64,000 nt of DNA from NCBI RefSeq assembly GCF_032444005.1, contig NC_091288.1, positions 211,854,001 through 211,918,000 of the forward strand, read 5' to 3'. This stretch comes from Ranitomeya imitator. Taxonomy: Eukaryota. The position numbers and the translations under genes were made by a program. Under the pieces are notes generated by a model. That model did no database searches, was not told the DNA's origin, and was given only the letters and a program-made list of their open reading frames with translations. Shown piece by piece: positions 1-12,252 of this stretch; position 1 is the first letter of the stretch, and each line of letters starts with the position of its first letter.

Positions 1-950
1 CCTGGGGGGCACAGTATAGGACTATGGGGGATACAGCCGGCACCTGGGGGGCACAGTATAGGACTATGGGGGATAAAGCTGGCACCCGGGGGGCACAGTA
101 TAAGACTATGGGGGATACAGCTGGCACCCGGGGGGCACAGTATGAGACTAGGGGGATACAGCTGGCACCTGGGGGGGGGCACAGTAGGAGACTAGGGGGG
201 ATACAGCTGGCACCTGGGGGGGGCACAGTATGAGACTAGGGGGGATACAGCTGGCACCTGGGGGGGCACAGTATGAGACTAGGGAGGATACAGCTGGCAC
301 CTGGGGGGGCACAGTATGAGACTATGGGGGATACAGCTGGCACCTGGGGGGGGGGCACAGTATGAGACTGGGGGGATACAGCTGGCACCTGGGGGGGCAC
401 AGTATGAGACTATGGGGGATACAGCTGGCACCTGGGGGGGGGGGCACAGTATGAGACTAGGGGGGATACAGCCGGCACCTGGGGGGCACAGTATGAGACT
501 AGGGGGGGGCACAGTATGAGACTAGGGGGGATACAGCCGGCACCTGGGGGGGGGCACAGTATGAGACTAGGGGGATACAGCCGGCACCTGGGGGGGGGCA
601 CAGTATGAGACTAGGGGGGATACAGCCGGCACCCGGGGGGGCACAGTATGAGACTAGGGTGGATACAGCCGGCACCCGGGGGGGGCACAGTATGAGACTA
701 GGGTGGATACAGCCGGCACCCGGGGGGGGCACAGTATGAGACTAGGGTGGATACAGCCGGCACCTGGGGGGGGCACAGTATGAGACTAGGGGGGATACAG
801 CCGGCACCCGGGGGGGGCACAGTATGAGACTAGGGGGGATACAGCTGGCACCTGGGGGGGGGGCACAGTATGAGACTAGGGGGGATACAGCCGGCACCTG
901 GGGGGCACAGTATGAGACTAGGGGGGATACAGCCGGCACCCGGGGGGGGG
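1..950. repeat. G-rich minisatellite, ~42-48 bp unit (CCTG(n)CACAGTATGAGACTAG(n)ATACAGCYGGCA)
   Basis: About 20 tandem copies whose length varies in the G runs; runs off the left window edge. ORFs 24-1014 are repeat translations. Confidence 0.95.
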
Positions 951-996
951 GGGAGACATGGCAGCTGTGTGGGGTCGGGGACAATCCTGCGCTTAC

Positions 997-1069
997 CCTG
1001 AGTAGAGCTGGCACTCGGGGGGCACAGGACCCCCAGGGAGATCAGCAGCAGCAGTCGGGGGGCCCCCAT
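997..1069 (-). CDS. Probable first coding exon (signal peptide) of a secreted or membrane protein gene continuing left of the window
   Basis: ATG at 1069 in strong Kozak context (AGGATGG) encodes MGAPRLLLLISLGVLCPPSASSTQ plus 1 nt, then donor G|GTAAGC (GT at 996-995, phase 1). Hydrophobic core, small residues before the end, GC boxes upstream. Confidence 0.6.
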
Positions 1070-1099
1070 CCTGGATCAGCTCAGCAGACACTTCCTCCA

Positions 1100-1480
1100 C
1101 TCTCCCGCCACCATCATGGCGCTGCACGGTCACTGCCTCCCGGTACACACATGTTCAGACCTGGCGCTGAGGCCGCACACAGCTGAGGCTCCGGTGCACT
1201 GGGTCCTGCTCTGAGCTCTGCCGGCCACAGACTGAGAGCAGCAAACACTGCGAGACAAGACAGGACCGGCCGGAGGGGCGGAGCTACAGCGAGGGCAGGG
1301 GGCGGGGCGCCGCGCGGATACAATGTTGCCATGGTGTGTCAATATCCTGCATTGCAAACCACGCCCCCAAACACTGTCTGCTCCTCCCCCTGGAGCCCTG
1401 AGCCCGCCCACTCCAGGAAGTGCCTGCTCCTCTGCTCTGCTGCTCTCAGCCGCTGGGGGGCGCCTCACTAACTCTCCTCA
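1100..1480 (-). promoter_or_regulatory. GC/CpG-rich putative promoter and 5' UTR
   Basis: CpG-dense, with GGGGCGG boxes near 1276 and 1300, immediately upstream of the - strand signal-peptide exon; contrasts with AT-rich DNA further right. Confidence 0.45.
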
Positions 1481-1640
1481 GGCTGTAGTTTCTCATTTTA
1501 GTTTTTGTTTTCTATTTTGCAAGTTTTATATTGACTAAAAGTGACTGCAGCGACAAGTGGCAGCAAAATGGGCAGCGCGGGGTTCTGCTGACACTCAGTC
1601 CTAAGGATATCCGTATATAAGCCCTGGACAATCCCTTTAA

Positions 1641-2964
1641 CCCCTTTACCCCCGAGGGTGGTTTGCATGTTATGGACCGGGCCAATTTTTACAGTTCTGA
1701 CCACTGTCCCTTTATGAGGTTATAACTCTGGAACGCTTCAACGGATCCCAGTGATTCTGACATTGTTTTCTCGTGACATATTGTACTTCATGTTAGTGGT
1801 AACATTTATTCGATATAACTTGCGCTTATTTGTGAAAAAAATGGAAATTTGGTGAAAATTTTGAAAATTTCGCAATTTTCCAACTTTGAATTTTTATGCC
1901 CTTAAATCACAGAGATATGTCACGCAAAATACTTAATAAGTAACATTTCCCACATGTCTCCTTTACATCAGCACAATTTTGGAACCAACATTTTTTGTTG
2001 TTAGGGAGTTATAAGGGTTAAAAGTTGACCAGCAATTTCTCATTTTTCCAACACCAATTGTTTTTAGAGACCACATCACATTTGAAGTCATTTTGAGGGG
2101 TCTATATGATAGAAAATACCCAAGTGTGACACCATTCTAAAAACTGCACCCCTCAAGGTGCTCAAAACCACATTCAAGAAGTTTATTAACCCTTCAGGTG
2201 TTTCACAGGAATTTTTGGAATGTTTAAAAAAAAATGAACATTTAACTTTTTTTTCACAAAAAAATTACTTCAGCTCCAATTTGTTTTATTTTACCAAGGG
2301 TAACAGGAGAAAATGGACCCCAAAAGTTGTTGTACAATTTGTCCTGAGTACGCTGATACCCCATATGTGGGGGTAAACCACTGTTTGGGCGCATGGCAGA
2401 GCACGGAAGTGAAGGAGCGCCATTTGACTTTTCAATGCAAAATTGACAGGAATTGAGATGGGGACACCATGTCGCGTTTGGAGAGACCCTGATGTGCCTA
2501 AACAGTGGAAACCCCCACAAGTGACACCATTATGGAAACTAGACCCCCTAAGGAACTTATCTAGATGTGTGGTGAGCACTTTGACCCACCAAGTGCTTCA
2601 CAGAAGTTTGTAACGTTGAGCCGTAAAAATAAAAAAATCATATTTGTTTCACAAAAAATCATTGTTTCACCCCCAATTTTTTATTTTCCAAAGGGTAACA
2701 GGAGAAACTGGACTGCAAAAGTTGTTGTACAATTTGTCCTGAGTACGCTGATACCCCATATGTGGGGGTAAACTCCTGTTTTGGCGCATGGGAGAGCTCG
2801 GAAGTGAAGGAGCGCCGTTTGACTTTTTCAACGCAGAATTGGCTGGAATTGAGATCGGACGCCATGTCGCGTTTGGAGAGCCCCTGATGTGCCTAAACAG
2901 TGGAAACCCCCCAATTATAACTGAAACCCTAACCCCAACCACACCCCGAACCCACCACTAACCC
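1641..2964. mobile_element. Non-autonomous TTAA-type (piggyBac-like) DNA element, left part, with ~400-bp internal duplication
   Basis: Begins TTAA|CCCCTT (TTAA 1637-1640). Internal direct repeat ~2130-2530 / ~2530-2930. Ends in CCCTAACC-like repeats where the hAT end begins. Similar sequence resumes at ~5530-6340. Confidence 0.55.
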
Positions 2965-3459
2965 TCAGGGCCGGATTTAGGAGGTGGGTGGCCTGGGGCC
3001 TATTTTGGAGGGAGGCCCATTTTTCAAGGTGTTGGAATATGTAATGCAAAAACAAAAAATGAAACGAACGCAAGTTTATTTATAAAAAATCATTTACGCA
3101 GAGTAATTCAGGTAGAATCCTTCATTTTTTACAATCCGGGCACTTTCCTTGATTTTTGGTAATGATGTCACTAAAGTCCAAAAACCTTAATTTGCTTGAT
3201 ATATCTTTATATGCTTGAAGACGTTGGTCAACAGAAGCGATAAACTGATCAATGATCGGCGAGGAAGTTTCTGTTCTGCATTTTTCGGAAGGGCTGAGCT
3301 GTTCTTCTTCCGTATGGCCAGAATCCAATGGATTGAGACACATTTCGGCGCCTGTGTCGAGTTATCGTCTGAACATACTCAGATGAACCAGGCAGCTCTT
3401 CGCCTTGCTTCTCGTAAATTATGAAGCAGTCACGCTTTGATGCGACATAGTTTTTTTAA

Positions 3460-4721
3460 CCAGCCCTTTTTCGTTTTTGCGTTTTCGTTTTTCGCTCCCT
3501 TTCATCCCAGATCCATAACTTTTTTTTATTTTTTCCCATCAATGTGATCATGTGAGGGCTTATTTTTTTGCGGCACGAGTTGTACTTTTGAATGACATCA
3601 TTGGTTTTACCACGTCTTGTACTAGAAAACGGGGAAAAAAAAATTCCAAGTGTGGTGAAATTGCAAAAAAAAAGTGCAATCCCACACTTGTTTTTTGTTG
3701 TCTTTTTTTTTTGCTAGGTTCACTAAATGTCAAAACTGACTTAACGTTGTGATTCTCCAGGTCAGTACGAGTTCATAGACACCTAACATGACTAGGTTAT
3801 TTTTTATCTAAGTGGTGAAAACAAAATTCAAAACTTTGCTAAAAAAAAATAAATTGCGCCATATTCTGATACCCGTAGCGTCTCCATTTTTCGTGATCTG
3901 GGGTTGGGTGAGGGCTTATTTTTTGCGTGCCGAGCTGACGTTTTTAATGATACCACATTTGTGCAGATGTGTTCTTTTGATCGCCCGTTATTGCATTTTA
4001 ATGCAATGTCGCGGCGACCAAAAAATGTAATTATGGCGTTTCAAATTTTTTTCTCGCTACGCTGTTTAGCGATCAGGTTAATGCTTTTTTTTATTGATAG
4101 ATCGGGTGATTCTGAATGCAGCGATACCAAATATGTGTAGATTTGATTTTTTTTGTTTTATTTTGGATGGGGCGAAAGGGGGGTGATTTAAACTTTTATA
4201 TATATTTTTTTATTATTTTTTAAAACATTTTTTTTAATCTTGTGCCATGCTTCAATAGCCTCCATGTGAGGCTATAGAGCTGGCACCACTCGATCGGTTC
4301 TGCTACATAGCAGCGATCATCAGCTATGTAGCTGAATTGCAGGTGTGCTATGAGCGCCGACCACAGGGTGGCGCTCACAGCAGGCCAGCATCGGTAACCA
4401 TAGAGGTCTCAAGGACCTCTATGGCTACTATGGAGAAGCATCTCTGGCCCCCGATCATGTGACGGGGGTCGGCGATGCGCTCATCTCCGGCCGCGCGGCC
4501 GGAAGCGGTAGTTAAATGCTGCTGTCTGCGTTTGACAGCGGCATTTAACAGGTTAATAGCGGCAGGTGGATCACAATTCCACCTGCCGCTATTGCGCGCA
4601 CATGTCAGCTGTACAAAACAGCTGACATGTTGCGACTTTGATGTGGGCTCACCGCCGGAGCCCACATCAAAGCAGGGGACCTGACGTGCGCCGTACTAGT
4701 AAGGGGCATGTCGTGAAGGGG
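3460..4721. mobile_element. Non-autonomous TTAA-type element inserted in the hAT transposase
   Basis: Flanked by TTAA (3456-3459) and TTTA (4722-4725); right end AAGGGG. Removing it approximately rejoins the hAT peptide (LSS-LKNYVASKR, with a homopolymer slip). Confidence 0.65.
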
Positions 4722-4830
4722 TTTAGCTGCTAAGTGACGCCACAGCAGTGTTTAGATCAAGTTTTGCATGTTGTAGATTTTTACTCGTAGCTTCTGTTCT
4801 TTGCAGGATATCACTCCAGAAGGTGGTGTG

Positions 4831-5238
4831 AGGCTATGTGCACACGTTGTGGATTAGGCTTAGGAATTTCTGGTGCGGATTCTGCCTCTCCTAACAGAAA
4901 ACGCACCTGCGGATTTGTTACGTTTTTTGTGCGGTTCCGCTGTGTTTTTTGTGCGTTTTTGCTGCGTTTTTCTTTTGCGGATTTTCTGTGTTTTTTACCC
5001 CTGCGGTTTTCTATAATGGAATGGGTACAAAAAGCCTGCAGATCCACAAAAAAGAAGTGACATGCTACTTTTTTTAATCCGCAGCGTTTCCGCAGCGGAT
5101 TTTCCGCAAAGTGTGCACAGCATTTTTTTTTTTCATTGATTTACAATGTACTGTAAATCAATTGCGGATCTGCAGCGTTTCTGCACCTCAAAATACGCTG
5201 CGGATCCCCAGAGAATTCGCAACGTGTGCACATAGCCT
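4831..5238. mobile_element. Harbinger-like palindromic MITE
   Basis: Perfect 19-bp TIR AGGCTATGTGCACACGTTG / CAACGTGTGCACATAGCCT with TWA-like flanks; removal approximately rejoins hAT peptide EIGI-YTTFW. Confidence 0.8.
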
Positions 5239-6339
5239 TAATACCAATTTCAAGCGGATTGATTTGTCTTAACGGTCCTTCTGCGTCACACCGTACACAG
5301 CTTTTTTCTTTAAAGTCATCAGCAATCTGTTTAACGACATCTTTAATCTGCTGATAGTCATGCTTAAGGGCCTTAGTAGCGTCAGCTCTGCAGGACCAAT
5401 GCGTTGTTGTGACACGTTTGAGAGTCAATGCTGTTGTTGAGTCAATATTTCTCTTCTTGCGCCGACATCGTCGCTCTACCTCCTTCCTCGAAGGTAGCTG
5501 AACAAACTCTCATCTGATCTAATCCGATAATAATAAATACTTTTTTTTTCATTTTATTATTCTTCCCTAACTAAGGGGGTGATGAAGGGGGGTTTGATTT
5601 ACTTTTCTAGCGGATTTTTATGATTGTTTTATGATTTTTATGATAGTTTTTGCATCTCCACATTTTGAGAGCTATAATTTTTCCATATTTTGGTCCACAG
5701 AGTCATGTGAGGTCTTGTTTTTTGCGGGACGAGTTGACGTTTTTATTGGTAACATTTTCGGGCACGTGACATTTTTTGATCGCTTTATATTCCGATTTTT
5801 GTGAGGCAGAATGACCAAAAACCAGCTATTCATGAATTTCTTTTGGGGGAGGCGTTTATACCGTTCCGCGTTTGGTAAAATGGATAAAGCAGTTTTATTC
5901 TTCGGGTCAGTACGATTACAGCGACACCTCATTTATATCACTTATTTATGTTTTGGTGCTTTTATACGATAAAAACTATTTTATAGAAAAAATAATTGTT
6001 TTTGCATCGCTTTATTCTAAGAGCTATAACTTTTTTATTTTTTCGCTGATGATGCTGTATGGCGGCTCGTTTTTTGCGGGACAAGATGACGTTTTCAGCG
6101 GTATCATGGATATTTATATCTGTCTTTTTGATCGCGTGTTATTCCACTTTTTGTTCGGCGGTATGATGATAAAGGATTGTTTTTTGCTTCGTTTTTTATT
6201 TATTTTTTTACGGTGTTCACTGAAGGGGTTAACTAGTGGGCCAGTTTTATAGGTCGGGTCGGAACGGACGCGGCGATACCAAATATGTGTACTTTTATTG
6301 TTTTTTTACTATTTACATATAGAAATGTATTTATTGGAA

Positions 6340-6595
6340 TAATAGCGGTAATAGCGCATTCCAGCTTCAACACAGTGCTTACAAGCTCTGTAGAAAAGAG
6401 CTTGTAAGCACTACATATTTTCTACTGTCTGGCAGCGGCGGTCGGTCTCCAAGGCGAAGAGCTGTAAACAAAAGAGAGATGTTAATATCTCGAGAACGGC
6501 TGAACATTTTAATAAGCAGTAAATTGCGAAATTGCTCATATTGGCAAGTTCAATCTGACAATATCAATCTAGGGAAACAAGAACAACCCCTTTAA
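6340..6595. mobile_element. Right end of a Kolobok/T2-type MITE
   Basis: Ends ACAACCCCT|TTAA (6595); no matching left terminus seen. Confidence 0.4.
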
Positions 6596-7419
6596 GAATC
6601 TACAGGCTGAACCCTTGTCCATACGTGGTATGAAATATTATTCAGGAGTTTAGCGGAAACGTTCTCATCTACGGTTATTTTAATTCTTCCACCAAAGTAA
6701 AGATCTCTGATTGCTGTCAGTGAATTGTAGCATTCTGCCTGAGCACGTCTAATAATTCACACAGCTGGGAGTTTGTTACAATCTTATCCAATTTGGACAA
6801 CAGGTGCAATCATTAAGCTCATGGGTTGTATATTGTCGCCCTCTAGTGGTAGAAGCCAGAATAGCAGTTGTTGGAAGTTTTGTATACAGCATTTTTTTTT
6901 TATAATAACAAGACTCTTTACCTTTTTATTATTCTCCTAACATTTGAGCGATACTTTTTTACTTCTTTTGGTTGTAGGACGAGGTGTAATTTTTAATGGC
7001 ATCATTTAATTTACCATAAAATATAGTGGAAAAAGGAAAAAAAAAAAAAAAAAAGAAAAAGCAGGACCAAATGAATATAGTTTCTAATGTGAACCAAAAC
7101 TTCTTTTTTTATTCTTCCATCAATGGAGCTGCCCTGGAAATTATTTTATAATTGAGTACATAGTTATATATATAAAGTTATATGTGTCATAATGGGGTAC
7201 ATATTACTTTTTGATTCATTTTTTTTTTTTCCAGAATGAGGTGAATCTAAGACAGCAATTCTGACATTTTTAATTTCTTATACGGTGTCCATCTTGCAGG
7301 ATAAATGATGGGACATTTTATTAGCTAGGACAAATATTAAGTGGGTTTATATTTCAATGATTTACGATTATTTTGTGCTTTTTATATTTGTAAAAAATGA
7401 AGAAAAAAAAATAATATAA

Positions 7420-7423
<4 letters not shown>

Positions 7424-7460
<37 letters not shown>
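7424..7460. repeat. (TA)n microsatellite
   Basis: About 18 TA units. Confidence 0.95.
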
Positions 7461-7469
<9 letters not shown>

Positions 7470-8099
7470 TTTTATTTTTTTTTGTCTTAGGGCTCTTGAA
7501 CCTGTGATCTCTTGACTGCTGGTACAATACACGGCAATGTTTCTGTATTACATACCAACTTAAAAAAAAATAAAAAATATAAATAGAAAAAAAAAAGAAC
7601 AGAAAATACAAAAAGTTTAATTCACCTCCTTTTCCTCCCCAAAAAATATAATGTAAAAAATGAAAAAATGTAACATATTTGGTATCACTGTGTGCCCAAC
7701 TGTCCGAACTAATCAATTATAAAAAAAAAATTTATCCCACATGATAAACGTTAAAACTTGTAAGAAAAAAAATATCGAAATGGCAGAATTGCTGTTTTTG
7801 ATTAATTTACCTTTTAAAGAAATGGAATATATAGAGATCTGAATGTTATAAAGGACAGAAATGGTGATAATAAGAGTACAGAACTACTGGGAAAAAGATA
7901 ATAAAGCCCTGATATATCTCCACCAACCCGAACATAGAAAGTTACAGCTCTCAGAATATGAAGCCAACAAGTTGTTTTTTCTAGAAGTAGAGAAAAGAAA
8001 AAAGAACATATTAATAGGACAGTCACCAGGTCATTTTTACCGTAGGTTGAACATCATAAAACCTCCCCCAAAAATGCCGACATTTCTGTTTTTTGTTTT

Positions 8100-8270
8100 T
8101 TTTTTGCTACCCGATGTGAATTTTTTTCTCCCATTTTTCAGAATTTTTTTATAGTTTTTTTTGCTACTCGATGTGAATTTTTTTCTCCCATTTTTCAGAA
8201 TTTTTTTTATAGTTTTTTTGCTACCCGATGTGAATTTTTTTCTCCCATTTTTCAGAATTTTTTTTTATAG
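8100..8270. repeat. 57-bp tandem repeat x3
   Basis: GCTACYCGATGTGAA at 8106, 8163 and 8220. Confidence 0.9.
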
Positions 8271-9127
8271 TAAAATGAATGGTGTCATTCAAAACTACAA
8301 CTCGCCCCGGCAAAAAACAACAGCAACAAAACCCTCATATAGGGCGACTTTCTCCAACAGGGGGCACTGGAGGGTCTGTTTTCTTCCTCCTGGAGGAGAT
8401 GTAATTTGCCTATTAGAGCCATGATGTGCTCAATCTTCCATGGCGCAGTGCATGCAGGTGCCTCTAGGTGGCAGTGTAGTATAAGAAATAAACATTTGAA
8501 AATGATCTGTCAGAGTCGATCAGAGTGATTTTTTTTACATCCCATGAATTGTATGAGCCAGATTTTGAGTTTCCGTGAAAAAGTTATAACGTCGCGAAAT
8601 ATCTGAATAATAAAGATCCCCGGATTTATTGTCAGGGTCTCATGTAATCCCCTCGGGACTGTGAAATTTGCAGATGTGACCACACGTGGATAACAAACTT
8701 ATACATTTCCATGGCAGCACTTCTGCCATTTTGGAAATGGCGACTATCGATGCTATGTGTTATTTTTTTTGCTATCGCTGTTAGTGATGCGTCACATTAC
8801 AGTCTGTATGATGACCAATATTGAGGCTGTAAGGAAAATAATGGAACAGGGAAAACTAGTTGGAAGGGAAAGATGAAAGCACCGGGAGCCGGGATACCTG
8901 ACGATTATGGGGGATAATCACCTGGGAAGATGAGAGGTCCCGGGACGAGCGGAGAATACAGAGAACACAGGCGAGACGGCTCCATACTGACTCCAGTGAG
9001 TGTCACCATGGAAGGGTGGGTGGTGAGTGGTGGGGGTGAGACCCCCGGATGGCGCCATTCATTGTGCATGTCGTCATTTGTATCACTATAAGGTGCAATG
9101 CCCATTGGTGCCTGCGGTAGTTTATAA

Positions 9128-11347
9128 GGGGCACTCTGCTGGCCCTGCTTGTGACAGAGCAGCATTTATTGAGGGCACTCTGCTGGCCCTGCTTGTGACA
9201 GAGCAGCATTTATTGAGGGCACTCTGCTGGCCCTGCTTGTGACAGAGCAGCATTTATTGAGGGCACTCTGCTGGCCCTGCTTATGACAGAGCAGCATTTA
9301 TTGAGGGCACTCTGCTGGCCCTGCTTGTGACAGAGCAGCATTTATTGAGGGCACTCTGCTGGCCCTGCTTGTGACAGAGCAGCATTTATTGAGGGCACTC
9401 TGCTGGATCCACTTGTGATAGAGCAACATTTATTGAAGGCACTCTGCTGGCCCTGCTTGTGACAGAGCAGCATTTATGGAGGGCACTCTGCTGGCCCTGC
9501 TTGTGACAGAGCAGCATTTATTGAGGGCACTCTGCTGGCCCTGCTTGTGATAGAGCAGCATTTATTGAGGGCACTCTGCTGGTGCTGCTTGTGACAGAGC
9601 AGCATTTATTGAGGGCACTCTGCTGGCCCTGCATGTGACAGAGCAGCATTTATTGAGGGCACTCTGCTGGCCCTGCTTGTGATAGAGCAGCATTTATTGA
9701 GGGCACTCTGCTGGTGCTGCTTGTGACAGAGCAGCATTTCTTGAGGGCACTCTGCTGGCCCTGCATGTGACAGAGCAGCATTTATTGAGGGCACTCTGCT
9801 GGCCCTGCTTGTGACAGAGCAGCATTTATTGAGGGCACTCTGCTGGCCCTGCTTGTGACAGAGCAGCATTTATTGAGGGCACTCTGCTGGCCCTGCATGT
9901 GACAGAGCAGCATTTATTGAGGGCACTCTGCTGGCCCTGCTTGTGTCAGAGCAGCATTTATTGAGGGCACTCTGCTGGCCCTGCTTGTGACAGAGCAGCA
10001 TTTATTGAGGGCACTCTGCTGGCCCTGCATGTGACAGAGCAGCATTTATTGAGGGCACTATGCTGGCCCTGCATGTGACAGAGCAGCATTTATTGAGGGC
10101 ACTCTGCTGGATCTACTTGTGATAGAGCAGCATTTATTGAAGGCACTCTGCTGGCCCTGCTTGTGACAGAACAGCATTTATTGAGGGCACTCTGCTGGAT
10201 CTACTTGTGATAGAGCAGCATTTATTGAAGGCACTCTGCTGGCCCTGCTTGTGACAGAGCAGCATTTATTGAGGGCACTCTGCTGGCCCTGCTTGTGACA
10301 GAGCAGCATTTATTGAGGGCACTCTGCTGGCCCTGCTTGTGACAGAGCAGCATTTATTGAGGGCACTCTGTTGGTGCTGCTTATGACAGAGCAGCATTTA
10401 TTGAAGGCACTCTGCTGGCCCTGCTTGTGACAGAGCAGCATTTATTGAAGGCACTCTGCTGGCCCTGCTTGTGACAGAGTAGCATTTATTGAGGGCACTC
10501 TGCTGGCCCTGCTTGTGACAGAGCAGCATTTATTGAGGGCACTCTGCTGGCCCTGCTTGTGACAGAGCAGCATTTATTGAGGGCACTCTGCTGGCCCTGC
10601 TTGTGACAGAGCAGCATTTATTGAGGGCACTCTGCTGGCCCTGCTTGTGATAGAGCAGCATTTATTGAAGGCACTCTGCTGGCCCTGCTTGTGACAGAGC
10701 AGCATTTATTGAGGGCACTCTGCTGGCCCTGCTTGTGACAGAGCAGCATTTATTGAGGGCACTCTGCTGGCCCTGCTTGTGACAGAGCAGCATTTATTGA
10801 GGGCACTCTGCTGGCCCTGCTTATGACAGAGCAGCATTTATTGAGGGCACTCTGCTGGCCCTGCTTGTGACAGAACAGCATTTATTGAGGGCACTCTGCT
10901 GGCCCTGCTTGTGACAGAACAGCATTTATTGAGGGCACTCTGCTGGCCCTGCTTGTGACAGAGCAGCATTTATTGAGGGCACTCTGCTGGATCTACTTGT
11001 GATAGAGCAGCATTTATTGAGGGCACTCTGCTGGCCCTGCTTGTGACAGAGCAGCATTTATGGAGGGCACTCTGCTGGCCCTGCTTGTGACAGAGCAGCA
11101 TTTATTGAGGGCACTCTGCTGGCCCTGCATGTGACAGAGCAGCATTTATTGAGGGCACTCTCCTGGCCCTGCTTGTGAGAGAGCAGCATTTATTGAAGGC
11201 ACTCTGCTGGCCCTGCTTGTGACAGAACAGCATTTATTGAGGGCACTCTGCTGGATCTACTTGTGATAGAGCAGCATTTATTGAAGGCACTCTGCTGGCC
11301 CTGCTTATGACAGAGCAGCATTTATTGAGGGCACTCTGCTGGATCTA
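9128..11347. repeat. 44-bp satellite, left arm (~50 units)
   Basis: Unit GAGGGCACTCTGCTGGCCCTGCTTGTGACAGAGCAGCATTTATT (copies at 9171, 9215...), with recurring variants such as GGATCTACTTGTGATA. Confidence 0.97.
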
Positions 11348-12252
11348 TGTTGTGGATTCTGTTTTTGGGCTCCCTCTGGTGGTTACAGATGGTACTGGGT
11401 GACTTGTGTTCTCTGCGGTCTCTGGTGTCCACCTGTTCCATCAGGATATGGGAGTTTCCTATTTAACCTGGCTTTCTTGTCATTTCCTCGCCGGCGATCA
11501 ATGTAATCAGTGTGTCTTGTTACCTCTGCTTTCCGCTTCAGTAATCTTCAGGACAAGCTAAGTTTTTGATTTTCCTGTTCCACGTTTTGCTTTATTTTTG
11601 TTTTAATCCAGCTTGCAGTTATGTGATTCCTTGTTGCTGGTTGCACTAGTGGGCTGATATTACTCCTCATGTTCCATGAGTTGGCACATGAGTTCAGGTA
11701 ATTTCAGGATGGTTTTTTGTAGGGTTTTTCGCTGACCGCGCAGTTCACTTTTGTATCCTCTGCTATCTAGTTTTAGCGGGCCTCATTTTGCTGAATCTGT
11801 TTTCATTACTACGTATGTGCTTTCCTCTCATTTCACCGTTATTACATGTGGGGGGCTGCTATTTCTGTGGGGTGTTTCTCTGGAGGCAAGAGAGGTCTTT
11901 GTTTCTTCTAATAGGGAAAGCTAGTCCTTCGGCTGGCGTGAGACGTCTAGAATCATCGTAGGCACGTTCCCCGGCTACTGCTAGTGTTGTGAATTAGGTT
12001 CAAGATCGCGGTCAGCTCAGTTTCCATCACCCTAGAGCTTGTTCTGTTTTTTGTGTGCTTGTCCTTTTGTGATCCCCTGCCATTGGGATCATGACAGTAT
12101 CGCCGGCCCGAAAAGTGGTAATCATATTGGCTGAAGTAGGAGGAAAAGTAGTCTGAGGAAGTTTTTTTTTTTTTTTTTTTTTTCTTCCCTCAGAGTTTGC
12201 TGCGTCTTACCTCCTCTTAATCCTTGAATGGCTCTGACCTCAGCTGTTTATC

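Larger units (their letters stand above)
2965..5520 (-). mobile_element. Decayed hAT DNA transposon split by two nested insertions
   Basis: Terminus CAGGGCCGGATTTA at ~2965. Collinear - strand transposase pieces: ~5430-5240 (TLKRVTTTHWSCRADATKAL...LEIGI), ~4830-4726 (FWSDILQRTEATSKNLQHAKLDLNTAVASLSS) and ~3459-3122 (YVASKRDCF...PIIDQFIASVDQRLQAY). Confidence 0.75.

Noticed and set aside
1-950. Repeat array as CRISPR or repetitive protein gene
   Set aside because: No unique spacers or cas genes; ORFs occur in all frames on both strands; eukaryotic context.
2927-2964. Telomere-like CCCTAACC repeats
   Set aside because: Only a few degenerate units inside a DNA element; not a (TTAGGG)n array.
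3394-6463. 15-bp inverted match CAGCTCTTCGCCTTG / CAAGGCGAAGAGCTG
   Set aside because: Lies in two unrelated elements with no extended homology; treated as chance.
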